A stretch of DNA of 63,678 nucleotides, the filler included, from Craspedostauros australis (lineage: Eukaryota): assembly GCA_030167865.1 (NCBI GenBank). It is 11 parts of 11 records of this genome, joined end to end, with 100 filler letters (N's around TTAATTAATTAA, not from the genome) between each part and the next. Parts side by side here need not be neighbours in the genome. Positions count along the whole stretch, not along the records: positions 36,664 to 45,728 come from JALAGF010006154.1; positions 45,829 to 48,303 come from JALAGF010006155.1; positions 48,404 to 51,997 come from JALAGF010006158.1; 8 more parts are not named here. One strand, written 5' to 3'. Both the position numbers and the translations under genes were made by a program. Below are positions 39,236 to 52,097 of this stretch, in pieces. Each line of letters opens with the position of its first letter. The stretch's first letter is position 1. Below the pieces are notes generated by a model. That model searched no databases. It was not told the origin of the DNA and saw nothing but the letters and a program-made list of their open reading frames with translations.

Positions 39236-39762
39236 TAATAGAGCTAAACTAGTACCCACCTTAGAGAGAGAGACTACAAATCATCCGACTTGTCAGCATT
39301 CCAGTAGATCGAACAGATACTTCACCAGCCCCCACGTTTGGGGACAGACCCAGAACATTGAAGCAGATCTTTGGAACCCGTGTCAAGGAACCAGAAGAGT
39401 TCCGATAACCAAGCTACTGACACCCACCATCGCCAAAACGCCGACACATGGAAACAGAGCCCCAGCAACGCGCATCATCGCCCATTGTCTCTCATGGAAC
39501 TCAGCCAATGGATCTCGACCCACGGTACTTGGGATACATGACCCATACACACTGTCATTCAGGACACCACAGGAGATCCTCCCCGCAGGGAAGAACCATA
39601 GCACTAATCTCATAATCCGCACGTTTCTTCACCATCTACCAGTATTCTCAATTGACTACTTGTGGAACAGAAGACTCACGTTCGGACCGCTTGCCAATCA
39701 AGCCTCTGCCCAAAGCTATCAACAGCCAACAAGACAACAGCCATTACGTTTGGGATCTATTA
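39236..39762 (+). repeat. 5' LTR of family A (527 bp)
   Basis: TAATAGAGC...GATCTATTA; boundaries match the TSD-defined solo LTR. Confidence 0.93.
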
Positions 39763-39775
39763 GATTAACAGTCAC
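39763..39775 (+). other. Putative primer-binding site complementary to the tRNA-Asn(GUU) anticodon arm
   Basis: GATTAACAGTCAC, reverse complement GTGACTGTTAATC, directly after the LTR. Confidence 0.7.
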
Positions 39776-39807
39776 AAAAGATTGTCAAGCTCTTAGACCC
39801 CTGCAAG

Positions 39808-42183
39808 ATGACCGTCACCCAACGCCTCCAAGCCTCCAACCGGCCACCTCCCAAGAGGAGCCCAGGAGATAGGACCCTAGCCTTCGAGACCCTTCCCGCG
39901 GACCCAAAGGACCCAAGCCTCTCTGCCATCCTTGATGGCACGCCAGGCTACCCAACAACCGGGCCATCTTCGCTCTCCTTCACAGAGATCGGAGTCGACT
40001 TCATCGAGGTCACCTTCCGACACCCCATCATCGTGGATGCATGGAATCGAAAGGAAAGAACCAACGAAGCCGAAATCGTGCGCCACGTCCACAAGACTAC
40101 CTGGAACGCGTTCACGGAACTCAAGCAAGAGTTTCGGATCAGCATCGAAACCGCCATGATCTTTGATCTCTTCCCATCCAAGACCCTCGCAGAAGAGAAG
40201 ACCATCTCCCAACTGCTGATCACCATCCATGAAGAAGCCACCGACATGAACCCGGCATTAATCATGTTCAACCTCAAGCACCCGGACGACGTGGCAAGGA
40301 ACTACGAGACAGGACTCCTCATCTACCACATCGGAGAATGGGTCAGATCCATCAAAGTTGAGGATGAATCCACTCTCGAATCCACCCTTGACGCAATGTT
40401 CACCGACACGGACACCACCGCCAAAGCCATGGCAGACTTCTGCCGTTCCGAACGATGCGGCAAACGCCACCACAACCAAGCTTGGTTGAATGTCATCGGG
40501 GAACACAAGAAGGCACTCTCCAACGCATCCGCGACCAGCGTCTCATCTGGGTCAGAAGCATCTACCCGTAGAACCGGACGCGACAACGACAGCCACCAAG
40601 GAGGAACCCCATCTGGGCTCTCCCTCATGCTCGGTGGGAACACCCCGCACCGTACCCCACCCGACTTCCCGAACGAAACCCAACTCTCCAGCATCGCCAA
40701 GCAAGGATCACAAAACACGTCACCAGCAATCATCGACACCCGTGGTACCACCCCGCCCAACGAAGATACCGAACCAGGCACCAACTACGACCAACACCAT
40801 GATAACGACGATACCGTAGACGTACCCGACAACCGCGGTCCCACAGGACGGAACCGACTTTTCCCCAACGTAGACCCAGCAACGATCGGTGACTTCGACC
40901 GCAACCCAACCGTCGCCAAGGTAGTAACCTTCGCCCCCGAAACAACCGCAAGAGGTCCAGGAGGTACCAACGCACCCCGGATGAACTACCCAGAGAATGA
41001 CGGGAACCGTCCACCCCACGATCGAAACCTGCATCCCTACCACGGTGCCGCGGATACACCGGCCTCACATGGTGTGGGTAACTATCGAGGCAACAACGGG
41101 CACGAACCCGTGAACCGAAACCCTGTCAGTAACCCACCCGCGAACCATGGGACAAACCGCCCGCACCGTGACAACCATGGGCCTCCAATTAACCATGGAC
41201 ACAACGGCGGCGACCCTTATGGGCATCCCCCTAACTTGGGGAACCAATTCCCTCATGGCCCACCGCTTCCGATGTACCACAGAACCCACCCAGGAGGATT
41301 CCCGCCCATTGGAATCCCTATCCCCATGGGCCATTTTCCCCATGGAACCGGAGGTTTTCCAATGCCACAAGGAGCCTTCACCCCCGTTGGACACCCTCAC
41401 CCCGGGTATCCACCACGACCACCCGCGTATGGGTACCGCCCAACCGATCCCAATGGAGGTTTCGGAAGACATGACCCACGCAACATGGGCCCGAACACCC
41501 CACACGGGCAACACGAACCCGGGTATGCACCCCATCGAGGATCCACCCGCAGCGAACCACCAGTCGCCCAGGCCAAGCTAACGAAGCGACGCCCCATCCC
41601 TGACTCCGTCAAATTCACGAGTGACGCGGCATCCTTCCAAGTGGTGAAACACCAAATCCATGCTCATCTCCTTGGAAACGACATGGCGTACCTGATCAAC
41701 GATCAGTTCCGGCACCGATACCATTCCCAAGGAATCCATGCGATCAAGGACCACATCGACCCGGTGACAGGAGTGCCAACAACCACCTCGCCAGAACAGG
41801 TCGCAAGCGACGTCAGGACCCTATTCGCGGGACTATACTCCGTCTTCGCCGGCGGCCCAGCACATGGACTCGCCACCAGAGGACTCCTCACCGAGGACGG
41901 TATCCTATTCTGGAATGAACTCCTCAATACCTACGATAGCGACTGGATCAGAGGAATGGAGGTCGACTCTCTGATGAAGAGAGTGCATGATTTCAATCCC
42001 GGCAGACAGGACCTGGGATCCTACCTGAAGGAGATCCAGGATATATTCGCGAACGTGAATTTCCTGGCAACCAACCCGGATCAACAAGTCTCCGACGCGC
42101 AACAACGCCGCACGCTCCTTAACCACCTCATCGGTTGCGACGACATCAACGTACGCACCATGGTCCGGAGCATCGAGCGAAGC
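39808..42183 (+). CDS. Gag of family A, unusually long with a Pro/Gly/His/Asn-rich middle (runs into gap)
   Basis: ATG 45 bp after the LTR; C-terminal DGILFWNELLNTYD...YLKEIQDIF capsid-like segment. Confidence 0.8.
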
Positions 42184-42318
42184 NNNNNNNNNNNNNNNNN
42201 NNNNNNNNNNNNNNNNNNNNNNNNNNNNNNNNNNNNNNNNNNNNNNNNNNNNNNNNNNNNNNNNNNNNNNNNNNNNNNNNNNNNNNNNNNNNNNNNNNNN
42301 NNNNNNNNNNNNNNNNNN

Positions 42319-45300
42319 TGAATCCAACACCGAGATGGTCATCAATGCCATCTCGAAGAAACTACAGGAAGATCCCACCTTCATCTCACAAGAAGTATTC
42401 GATGGACTACCCGAGAAGGTCCGTCGAGTGATCATGAAACTCCGCAGCTCCCTCCGTTGGGCCCGCCGCAACAATGACCGGAACGGATCCGGATTCACCC
42501 GCGTCGAGGGCAAGAAGGAGCAGGAAGAACCCCAACCACCTGCCAGCGTGAAGCCCCCAGAGAAAGGGGAGGAAACCAAGCCACACAAGCAGTATGGAGG
42601 TGTCACCCACGCGAACCTGGCCAGGTACACCCCAGGATCCACCGAGGGAACCGATTCCCAGGACGAGAATGGCTCGGATCTATCCTCGATTGACGCTTCG
42701 GAGCTTGCCAAGTTCCTGGTCGATTATGGAGGATACGAGGAGAACGGCAACGACCGGCTCGTGAAGATGATCACGATGAGTGATTCATCTGGCACCACAA
42801 GCCCCGTCGACCCGCCCGAATCCAAACAACGCCAATCAGTGCCCGAACAGCTGATCAACCTGGCGACCTTCTCTCCGCAAACATACGCGGTATGCGACGG
42901 TGGCGCACAATGCTGCGTTATCGGGAACAAGGACCGGGTCTGGAAGATTGACTACATCTACCCGCATCGGACGTACAACATCGTCGGTGCCGTGGCCAGC
43001 ACGATGAGGAAGAACAACCTCGCGGTGGTAGACGCAAGTATCAAGGCCAGAACCAGGGAAGGCAACGAAGTGATCCTCCGGATCTACGAAGCCGCCCTGA
43101 ACGCTGACAGCCGGGTAACGCTGCTCTCCGACCACCAAATTCGGGCCAGTGGAACCGTCCTCGATACGGTCTCATCGGAACACCGAGCATCGTTCTCGAC
43201 ACCAGGCACAGGAAGACAATGCCTGATGCCTGACGAGGACACAACGATCAACTTGGAGATGCGGGACGCGCTGATGACGTTCGACGTTTTCCCCATCATG
43301 GAGGACGATGAGGATCTGCCCACCCACGACATCACCCCAAAGCAAGGATGGAACCCTTCGGATCACCAAGGAGGACACGTATGCAACGTGCCCATGGGTT
43401 GCTACCTTACCAGGGACCCGAACGGAGGAGAGAAGGCAGTTGACTGGGATGGCCGACCTGATGCACCGCATGACGCTGGAACGATGGATCCAAGCGCCCG
43501 CAACGCATCGATGGATCCCATGGAACCCGGGACAAGCCAGGCCACGGTCGGCATCCCGGATAATCCCATAGAAGGACGAGAACCCATGGACCCCAACGCC
43601 CGTCATCCAGACGAGCACGCCACAGAAGGTCTCAACCATGTCAACCAGGAGTACCCCAAGGTGGACGCATTCCTTGACACTCTAAGTCTCGAGGAGCTCA
43701 TTGGAATGTCACATGCAATTGACACGGTAACGTTCGCGAAATCGGCCACCGACACAGCCATCTCGATCCAAGACACCCTCTTCGACCTGGTAGACAATCT
43801 CTCTGCTGGAGACATCGACCACTTATACAGGGAACTGGGCATTGATCGCAAGGCCAACGCGGTAGGAACGGACAAGAAAGGATACACCGAGTCAACCAAC
43901 GTACCACCGACAAAGGTACCAGACCTGGATGACGAGGCAGACAGCGCCATCTCATCCTTACACTCGGTAGGATCCGAACCGGCGTTCCAAAGAAATCGGG
44001 AGACATTTCGCATCCCCAACGAGATCGGCGTGACCAAGGCAACACGCGCTGACACCCTCCGGGGAGACCCGCGAAGCGCACCTGGATACCACGGGCACAC
44101 CAAAAGCGAGAACCCCGTCGGGATTGATGATCCGGGAAAGGACAATCCCATGGACACCATGGACCGACACCCTGCGGAAGCTATGACCGAGTACAGCCAC
44201 CAAGGGTTCCCGTTCCGAGCTAAATGGAAGTCCATCGATCTTCACAAGATCCAACCGTACCTCGGGTACCTACCCACGCACGTGATCAAACAAACCCTTG
44301 CCAGAACCACACAACTCATGCGGGCAGTGATCACTTACCCTATGCGAAGGCACAAGAAGTCCAGATTCGAGTGGATGCGACGACAGCGAATCCGGGAGAT
44401 CGTGGCGACGGACACCATATTCTCCAACGTCAAGTCTTTTGGAGACGGATACTCCATGGCACAAATCTTCNNNNNNNNNNNNNNNNNNNNNNNNNNNNNN
44501 NNNNNNNNNNNNNNNNNNNNNNNNNNNNNNNNNNNNNNNNNNNNNNNNNNNNNNNNNNNNNNNNNNNNNNNNNNNNNNNNNNNNNNNNNNNNNNNNNNNN
44601 NNNNNNNNNNNNNNNNNNNNNNNNNNNNNNNNNNNNNNNNNNGGAGAGAAGGTCCTCAAGCTTCTTAGGGACCTCCACATCAAATCAAGGCTGACAGAAC
44701 CGCACAACCAGCAACAGAACCCGGCCAAGCACAACGCCATCCTGTACATGAAGTGATGTGTCACAACACTCATTGACCGGACAGGGGCACCGCCAAAAGC
44801 ATGGTACCACGCTTTCCGATACATGTGCTACGTGCACAACCATACATCAGACCCGTCCCTACGATACGCAATCCCACACACCGTACGACACGGAGAAACC
44901 GTCGACATCTCTGCGCTCTTGACCTTCCAATTCTACGAGAAGATCTTGTACCATGACCCCAACGCTACCTTCCCGAACTCGAAGGAGAAATCAGGATACT
45001 GGCTCGGCATGGCAGAGTCCCATGGGGACTTCCTCACATACCACGTGCTGGACGATGAATCCCGACGAGGACTGGTACGGAGCGTGGTCCGCCCCTTCCG
45101 GAAGGGTATAAACAACAACAGGCGTGTCACCTTCGACCAAGACATGGACCCCGAGGCAGATAACCCCAGCACACGGACCCCGCTGGAACTGTCCGGTACC
45201 CCACAAGGATGGAAGACCAAGACCCCACCGAAAAGAGGGTATGCGGCGACGGCCAAGACGACACACCCGCGGGCATGGGAGAACAAGACCGACAAGATGA

Positions 45301-45728
45301 AACGAACCGCTGGGATCCCTGATTCAGGGGAGGCACGGAACACAGGACCCGTCACCCGATCCCAAACGCTAACCAAGCGGACAGCGAAGGCACCCACGAC
45401 GCGTGCCACCGAGGAGGACAAACCGCGAACGAACCGCGATACGCCAGACAGGGGAGACTCTGACCCAGGGTCTTCGTACCTTCCATGTTCGTCGGGACCA
45501 CCATCATACCAACGCATGGATGACGGCCCCGAAGAAAGGGGAGGGAATAAGAGGACCAAGCAAAACAAACNATNNGTTTTGTCAACAGGTACCAGGAAAG
45601 GCATCCCATGGAAGAACATCGTCCATGGAACGATCAGATCCATAATCCAGACCATCGCAGCGGACCCAGTCACGACAGGCGTGAATACCGCGCCACCGCA
45701 AAGGGTACCCACCCTAACAAACCATCCA
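42319..45728 (+). pseudogene. Gag end/Pol of family A (protease, integrase) with premature TGA at 44754-44756
   Basis: YAVCDGGAQCCVIG, TLLSDHQIRASG, YLGYLPTHVIKQTLARTTQ, VATDTIFS, TEPHNQQQNPA, GETVDISALLTFQFYE. Confidence 0.85.
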
Positions 45729-45828
45729 NNNNNNNNNNNNNNNNNNNNNNNNNNNNNNNNNNNNNNNNNNNNTTAATTAATTAANNNNNNNNNNNNNNNN
45801 NNNNNNNNNNNNNNNNNNNNNNNNNNNN

Positions 45829-48303
45829 CACCGTCACATTCTGGCGAACGTTTCGACATCACAGCGGATCGCGCAGTCATTTCCAAGTGTGACCACTTTC
45901 CTGGGAGCTGCGTGAATATATTCGTCCGGTAATAATAGCAACAAATTGAACCAACAACCACATCCTCGCAACACCCAGCTACACGATGTCCAACGCAATC
46001 CCAATCAACGACCCCATCCTGGCACACGTCCTCAGCGTTCTCGGATATGACGACTCGTCCAATGAGTGGCTTATCTTGCATACCGAAGAGATCCGAACCA
46101 TCATGGATTTCGCTTCGCTCCATCGCGAAGACATGCCTGAGATGAACGCCACCATCCAGGTGCCTGACCCAGACCCCGACTACGTAGCCCAACTGTCTAA
46201 GATAGCAATCCGGAAATTCTCAAATGCCATTGGCTGGTTCAGTGTTCAACCTAATCCCACTGTAGAGACATGGCGGGAGCTCAATCAAGCCTCATACATG
46301 GAGTATGTCGCTCGGACATTCACACCATCGCCCGCATCCTCAACCGCCATGCCTGACACAGCCACCAGTGCATTCCCCTTCGAGACAACGAAGACCGAAC
46401 CAACGGAGAAGACCGGACACGACCTCGCCGCAGAGTTCAACCGTAGCATCAAACGTAACATTAGCGACTATCCCAAGTTGTCTGATGATAAATACTTCGC
46501 TACATTCCATCGTCGCCTGCGTGCCACCGCTGCTGCTCATGGCATCTCCAATGTTCTCGATNNNNNNNNNNNNNNNNNNNNNNNNNNNNNNNNNNNNNNN
46601 NNNNNNNNNNNNNNNNNNNNNNNNNNNNNNNNNNNNNNNNNNNNNNNNNNNNNNNNNNNNNNNNNNNNNNNNNNNNNNNNNNNNNNNNNNNNNNNNNNNN
46701 NNNNNNNNNNNNNNNNNNTGGTCCGCGAGTACACCACCGGTGCCACCGCCGTCAACACCATCCGACGCATCCGAGACGAGATCATCAAGTTCAAGCTGGA
46801 CAAGCAGTGGCGCAAGACCCGTGAACAGTTCCTAGACCTGTGGCAACACAAGGTGCACGAACTTGAGGCTTTGCGTGATGATCCGATCGACGACGCGACG
46901 AAGAAGGAGTGGTTGACCNNNNNNNNNNNNNNNNNNNNNNNNNNNNNNNNNNNNNNNNNNNNNNNNNNCAGACCCCGACTACGTAGCCCAACTGTCTAAG
47001 GTAGCAATCCGGAAATTCTCAAATGCCATTGGCTGGTTCAGTGTTCAACCTAGTCCCACTGTAGAGACATGGCGGGAACTCAACCAAGCCTCATACATGG
47101 AGTATGTCGCTCGGACGTTCACACCCTCGCCTGCATCCTCAACCGCCATGCCTGACGCAGCCACCAGCGCATTCCCCTTCGAGACAACGAAGACCGAACC
47201 AACGGAGAAGACCGGACACGACCTCGCCGCAGAATTCAACCGTAGCATCAAGCGTAACATTAGCGACTATCCCAAGTTGTCTGATGATAAATACTTCGCT
47301 ACATTCCATCGTCGCCTGCGTGCCACCGCTGCTGCTCATGGCATCTCCAATGTTCTCGATNNTGACTACNNCCCATCCGATGAACAAGCCGANCTCTTCA
47401 ANGTGCAGTCCACCTTCCTGTTCAACGTGTTTGTATCCAACCTGCAGACCACGAAGAGTAGGAAGTGTGTCACTCCGTATGAGTCGATCTGTGACGGCCA
47501 AGCCGTCTACTGCAGGCTGGTCCGCGAGTACACCACCGGTGCCACCGCCGTCAACACCATCCGACGCATCCGAGACGAGATCNNNNNNNNNNNNNNNNNN
47601 NNNNNNNNNNNNNNNNNNNNNNNNNNNNNNNNNNNNNNNNNNNNNNNNNNNNNNNNNNNNNNNNNNNNNNNNNNNNNNNNNNNNNNNNNNNNNNNNNNNN
47701 NNNNNNNNNNNNNNNNNNNNNNNNNNNNNNNNNNNNNNNNNNNNNNNNNNNNNNNNNNNNNNNNNNNNNNNNNCGCAACCACCATGGAGTTCGACACCCT
47801 CGTGGAGCTCGTTCGATCCTACGCTGTCCAACTCGATGGCCACGACGCCAACAAGCCGAAGACGCCACGGCAAGTTAACAACACCGACCAGCGCAAGCAA
47901 CATGGGAAGGATAAGGACGACGGACCCAATCTCTGGAAGCCCAACAAGGACTACAGCAAGGAGACACGAGAACGNNNNNNNNNNNNNNNNNNNNNNNNNN
48001 NNNNNNNNNNNNNNNNNNNNNNNNNNNNNNNNNNNNNNNNNNNNNNNNNNGGACGTGGTAAGAAGGACAAGCCTAGGCGTTCCGCCAACAACACCAACCG
48101 CAGTGGATCCACATCCAACCAGAACGACCAACAGGACACTCAGACCAACAACAAAGGTAGTAACAACAACGAGTCTAGTTCTACCGCTGGAACAGCAATC
48201 AACCGTATGCTATCCAGTACCATGTCTAGCGCGTCTGGGAACCCGCCGACTACCCTCGTCATTGACGGTCGCACCTACACCCTGTCCCACACGAACGTAT
48301 CGT
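45829..48303 (+). mobile_element. Ty1/copia family E gag region (two overlapping contig copies; ATG at 45986)
   Basis: FNRSIKRNISDYPKLSDDKYF...DGQAVYCRLVREY; 3' end nearly identical to the reverse complement of ~63415-63663, which continues into a protease. Confidence 0.85.
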
Positions 48304-49013
48304 NNNNNNNNNNNNNNNNNNNNNNNNNNNNNNNNNNNNNNNNNNNNTTAATTAATTAANNNNNNNNNNNNNNNNNNNNNNNNNNNNNNNNNNNNNNNNN
48401 NNNTGACCGGAATGACGGAGCCTTGCCAGTGGAGTTGCTGACTGCGAGATGACGAACCTTCGGATCTGCTGGCATTCTGTTGTTGCTTCGCACGGTCATC
48501 ACGTTGTCTTGTGGAGGAAGAGTCACACGATGTCTCTTCCTCTGTTGTGACTCGTTTTGCATGACGTGGAATCCGTCCCCTGTGACGTAGAAGACGGATC
48601 AGCGAGAGTAAACACGAAATAGCTCTAAATGTACAATCGCCGTTTCTCCCAAAAGCAAGCAAACCAGTGGCAACAAGGGGCCAAAACTCTACAACTAGCG
48701 TTATCGTGACCCAGTTTACGGTTTGGCGCAGGTCGTACGATGACGCACGCAGCAGTCAGCGAGATGATGGCGACTGTCAGAAAATTGCAACCGCGTTAGC
48801 GGCAATCGTGCTTGGGAACCGCGGTAAAGACCACATATTGGTCGGTTTGCTGATGGGACTCCAATAGTAGTCCAAGTAATCCGTTGCAACAAAGTAGACT
48901 ATCTAGAAGGAACTACCGTAGACACCAAATCGTCCTAGTGTGATCATGGTGATTAGAGTTATTCGCTAATAGTGTTATTCTTGTTCGTGTGTTCAGGGGT
49001 GGTCGGGATAGTC

Positions 49014-50890
49014 TCACTCGGTCTCTGTGCTGTCGTCATCGCCTGTTTTCAAGTTCGCGGGTGCTGGTACGACTTCGAAATCGCTATCGCTCTCGGTGTC
49101 CATGTGGAGGTCAATCAACACGGCCTCACGCTTTCTACGCTTCGTTTTAGCGATGCGCGGTGCACGGGCGCAGGAGGGAACAGGAGGCGGCACCACGACC
49201 GAGACAGGGACGGAAGGAACAGCGGCTGGGCTGGAACGGCATGCCATGGCACAGGGAGCACGTTTGCGAGAAGCAGAACGGCGCGCAGGGCGACGAGAGA
49301 CTGTCATCCTGTGCACGGACGCACGAGGTGGCGAAGGAGCAGACTGGCCAATCGGGAACAAAAAGAAAGCAGGTGTGAGTGTGCAAGTTCATGTCATGCA
49401 CAAGAGGCGAGTGTGGCATCGATGGGGCTTACCTCGTAACATACTCCGAATCCGGTTCCTCGGCGGCCTTGTGGAATCGGCGGACGAACAGCAGAGGACG
49501 GAACAAATGTGACTTCGTCCTCCTCAAGCGAGGAGTAGTCATCCCCATCCATTGTGATGCCCGCGGAATGCTTAGTTGTGTTATTCTCCGCCTTGCGCCC
49601 GTAGCGTGCCAAGTTGGTGGCGCTGTGCACCACCGGATTCGCAGAGTACACCGGTACCAACCGAACAATCAAGAGAGGCGCATCAGCCTCCACGTCGCTG
49701 TTGCGGTCGTTGAGATTGACACCCGGATTGAGGAAGTCCACACCGTGCATTGCATGATCTGGAGTCATCTCAAAACGGTCACTCACTTGGATGGGGAGAA
49801 TCTCCCTGTGAATGCGGTAGGGTTGGGGGTGTCCGCGACACATCCTGCGGACAGCAAGCGCATACGACTCGCCCCGCTCGCGTTGGCCCTGAAAAGAACG
49901 CTTGTTGAAGTTTGGAGGCAGCTTCTCATTCAGGCGGTCAAGCAGCTCCTTGTCCGTAGTCGCAGATGACCCGAGTTCGTGGTTCTGCTTCAACCCCACC
50001 TCCAAAACGCGTCCTTGCTCCTTGATGGACGCTTTGACGTCACCGTAGCAAGTCCCACCTGGCAATTCGAAAGTGATTTCGAAAACCTCGCCATGGCCTT
50101 GAGGAGAGTACACGTGACGCACAGCAGGTAAGAAGACCAGGCTGTTCTTGTTCATCCAATCAGAAATGGATTGCGCACGACTCGGACCCTCTTGCAAGGG
50201 TGTCCCAGATACGGAAGTGTTCATAAGCATGCCGGTAGCAGAGGCAGGACGAACAGCAGCAGGAGAAGCCACAGGAACAGACGAGGGCTCAGGAGGAGCA
50301 ANNNNNNNNNNNNNNNNNNNNNNNNNNNNNNNNNNNNNNNNNNNNNNNNNNAGCTTCTCATTCAGGCGGTCAAGCAGCTCCTTGTCCGTAGTCGCAGATG
50401 ACCCGAGTTCGTGGTTCTGCTTCAACCCCACCTCCAAAACGCGTCCTTGCTCCTTGATGGACGCTTTGACGTCACCGTAGCAAGTCCCACCTGGCAATTC
50501 GAAAGTGATTTCGAAAACCTCGCCATGGCCTTGAGGAGAGTACACGTGACGCACAGCAGGTAAGAAGACCAGGCTGTTCTTGTTCATCCAATCAGAAATG
50601 GATTGCGCACGACTCGGACCCTCTTGNNNNNNNNNNNNNNNNNNNNNNNNNNNNNNNNNNNNNNNNNNAGCAGAGGCAGGACGAACAGCAGCAGGAGAAG
50701 CCACAGGAACAGACGAGGGCTCAGGAGGAGCAACAGTCATCATGCTCGCCGCGTCGTATGCAGGTCTGGGGGTTGGTGGCGGATGGGTGGGGACAGGTGC
50801 CGCGACGTGCGCCCGGGTTGGTGGGGCGGACGGACGGGCAGTTGTCGCGACTTCGGTTTCGCCGACTGGTGGGGAGGCGTACCGAACCAA
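49014..50890 (-). CDS. Spliced gene with HSP20/alpha-crystallin-like segment, NLS and acidic tail; 5' end probably missing; contains a duplicated contig overlap
   Basis: Phase-0 intron 49432..49344 (GTAAG...CTCAC...pyrimidine tract...CCAG, 89 bp) joins ORF 50890..49394 in frame to ORF 49361..49014; FEITFELPGG...DVKASIKEQGRVLEV; KTKRRKR. Confidence 0.65.
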
Positions 50891-51581
50891 AACCGTTTGA
50901 CAAGAAGTGGTACTCGTTCAAATTTCGCGCTGCCGGTTTGCGTTACGAGTTGGCTGTTGCGATTTCTACGGGCAAGATTGTTTGGGCGAATGGGCCTTTC
51001 CCGTGTGGCCTGTTGAACGATCTTTCGATCTTCCGCCTGGGCCTGAAGCCGAAATTAGTGCAACACGAAGTCGTCGTCGCAGATGCCGGATACCGTGGGG
51101 ACCCTTGTGTGTTCCCCCCAACTTTTCGCGCGGATGGCATCATGCGGTGCCGCCACGAAACGGTCAACAGGCGAATCAAGCACTGGCAATGCATGCACCT
51201 GAAGTGGCGGCACCACGTCAACAAGCATCGCCTTGCATTCAACGCGGTTGCCATCCTCACCCAAATTGAATTGAGCAACGGTTTCCCCTCGTTTGACGTG
51301 GNNNNNNNNNNNNNNNNNNNNNNNNNNNNNNNNNNNNNNNNNNNNNNNNNNGTGGGGACCCTTGTGTGTTCCCCCCAACTTTTCGCGCGGATGGCATCAT
51401 GCGGTGCCGCCACGAAACGGTCAACAGGCGAATCAAGCACTGGCAATGCATGCACCTGAAGTGGCGGCACCACGTGGACAAGCATCGCCTTGCATTCAAC
51501 GCGGTTGCCATCCTCACCCAAATTGAATTGAGCAACGGTTTCCCCTCGTTTGACGTGGTTGTCGCGATGCAAGAAGCACGC
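50878..51581 (+). mobile_element. PIF/Harbinger (ISL2EU-like, DDE_Tnp_4) transposase, 5'-truncated; 51352-51581 largely repeats the preceding contig
   Basis: EPKPFDKKWYSFKFRAAGLRYELAVAISTGKIVWANGPFPCG..ND...VADAGYRG...RHETVNRRIKHW...RH; first catalytic Asp motif absent. Confidence 0.88.
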
Positions 51582-52097
51582 NNNNNNNNNNNNNNNNNNN
51601 NNNNNNNNNNNNNNNNNNNNNNNNNNNNNNGTCCCACTTAGTAGTAACAAATAGCCCAACTTTAGCAAGCACAAAAGGTTCATCCCACATGCCCCCCTTG
51701 CCTGTTTGAGTGAGTGTTGTTAGGGTGTCCTGATTACGGGGTAGTAATTTTAGTGCTTTGTTTTGCTGTTGGAGGTTTGAAGGACTACCTTGTTGTGGTT
51801 GCATGTGGGACGCACTGAATAGCCAGTCCAGGAGGACGGAGACGAGGAGACACCAACGCTTGCCCAAGAGAGTCCCGGTTTACATCATGGACAAACGAAG
51901 GGCAACATCAGCCAGGCATCTTGGCCACCCAACCACAACGACGTTGAGCGGAGGGACGGGTTTGTGGTCGCCACCACTGCCCACAACGGTAGCGATGNNN
52001 NNNNNNNNNNNNNNNNNNNNNNNNNNNNNNNNNNNNNNNNNTTAATTAATTAANNNNNNNNNNNNNNNNNNNNNNNNNNNNNNNNNNNNNNNNNNNN

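Larger units (their letters stand above)
39236..45728 (+). mobile_element. Ty1/copia family A, 5' part (5' LTR, PBS, gag, protease, integrase)
   Basis: LTR shared with 17713 and 29567; followed by gag and pol motifs. Confidence 0.92.

Noticed and set aside
38571..39872. 433-aa ORF running through the family A LTR
   Set aside because: Chance fusion of flanking sequence with an open LTR frame; non-ATG start; the LTR part is not shown to be coding. The K/A/S-rich flank (38800-39235) may be a disrupted host gene but is not identifiable
48404..51997. Terminal inverted repeats for the Harbinger-like element
   Set aside because: No convincing inverted pair or TSD found by eye; element boundaries left undefined
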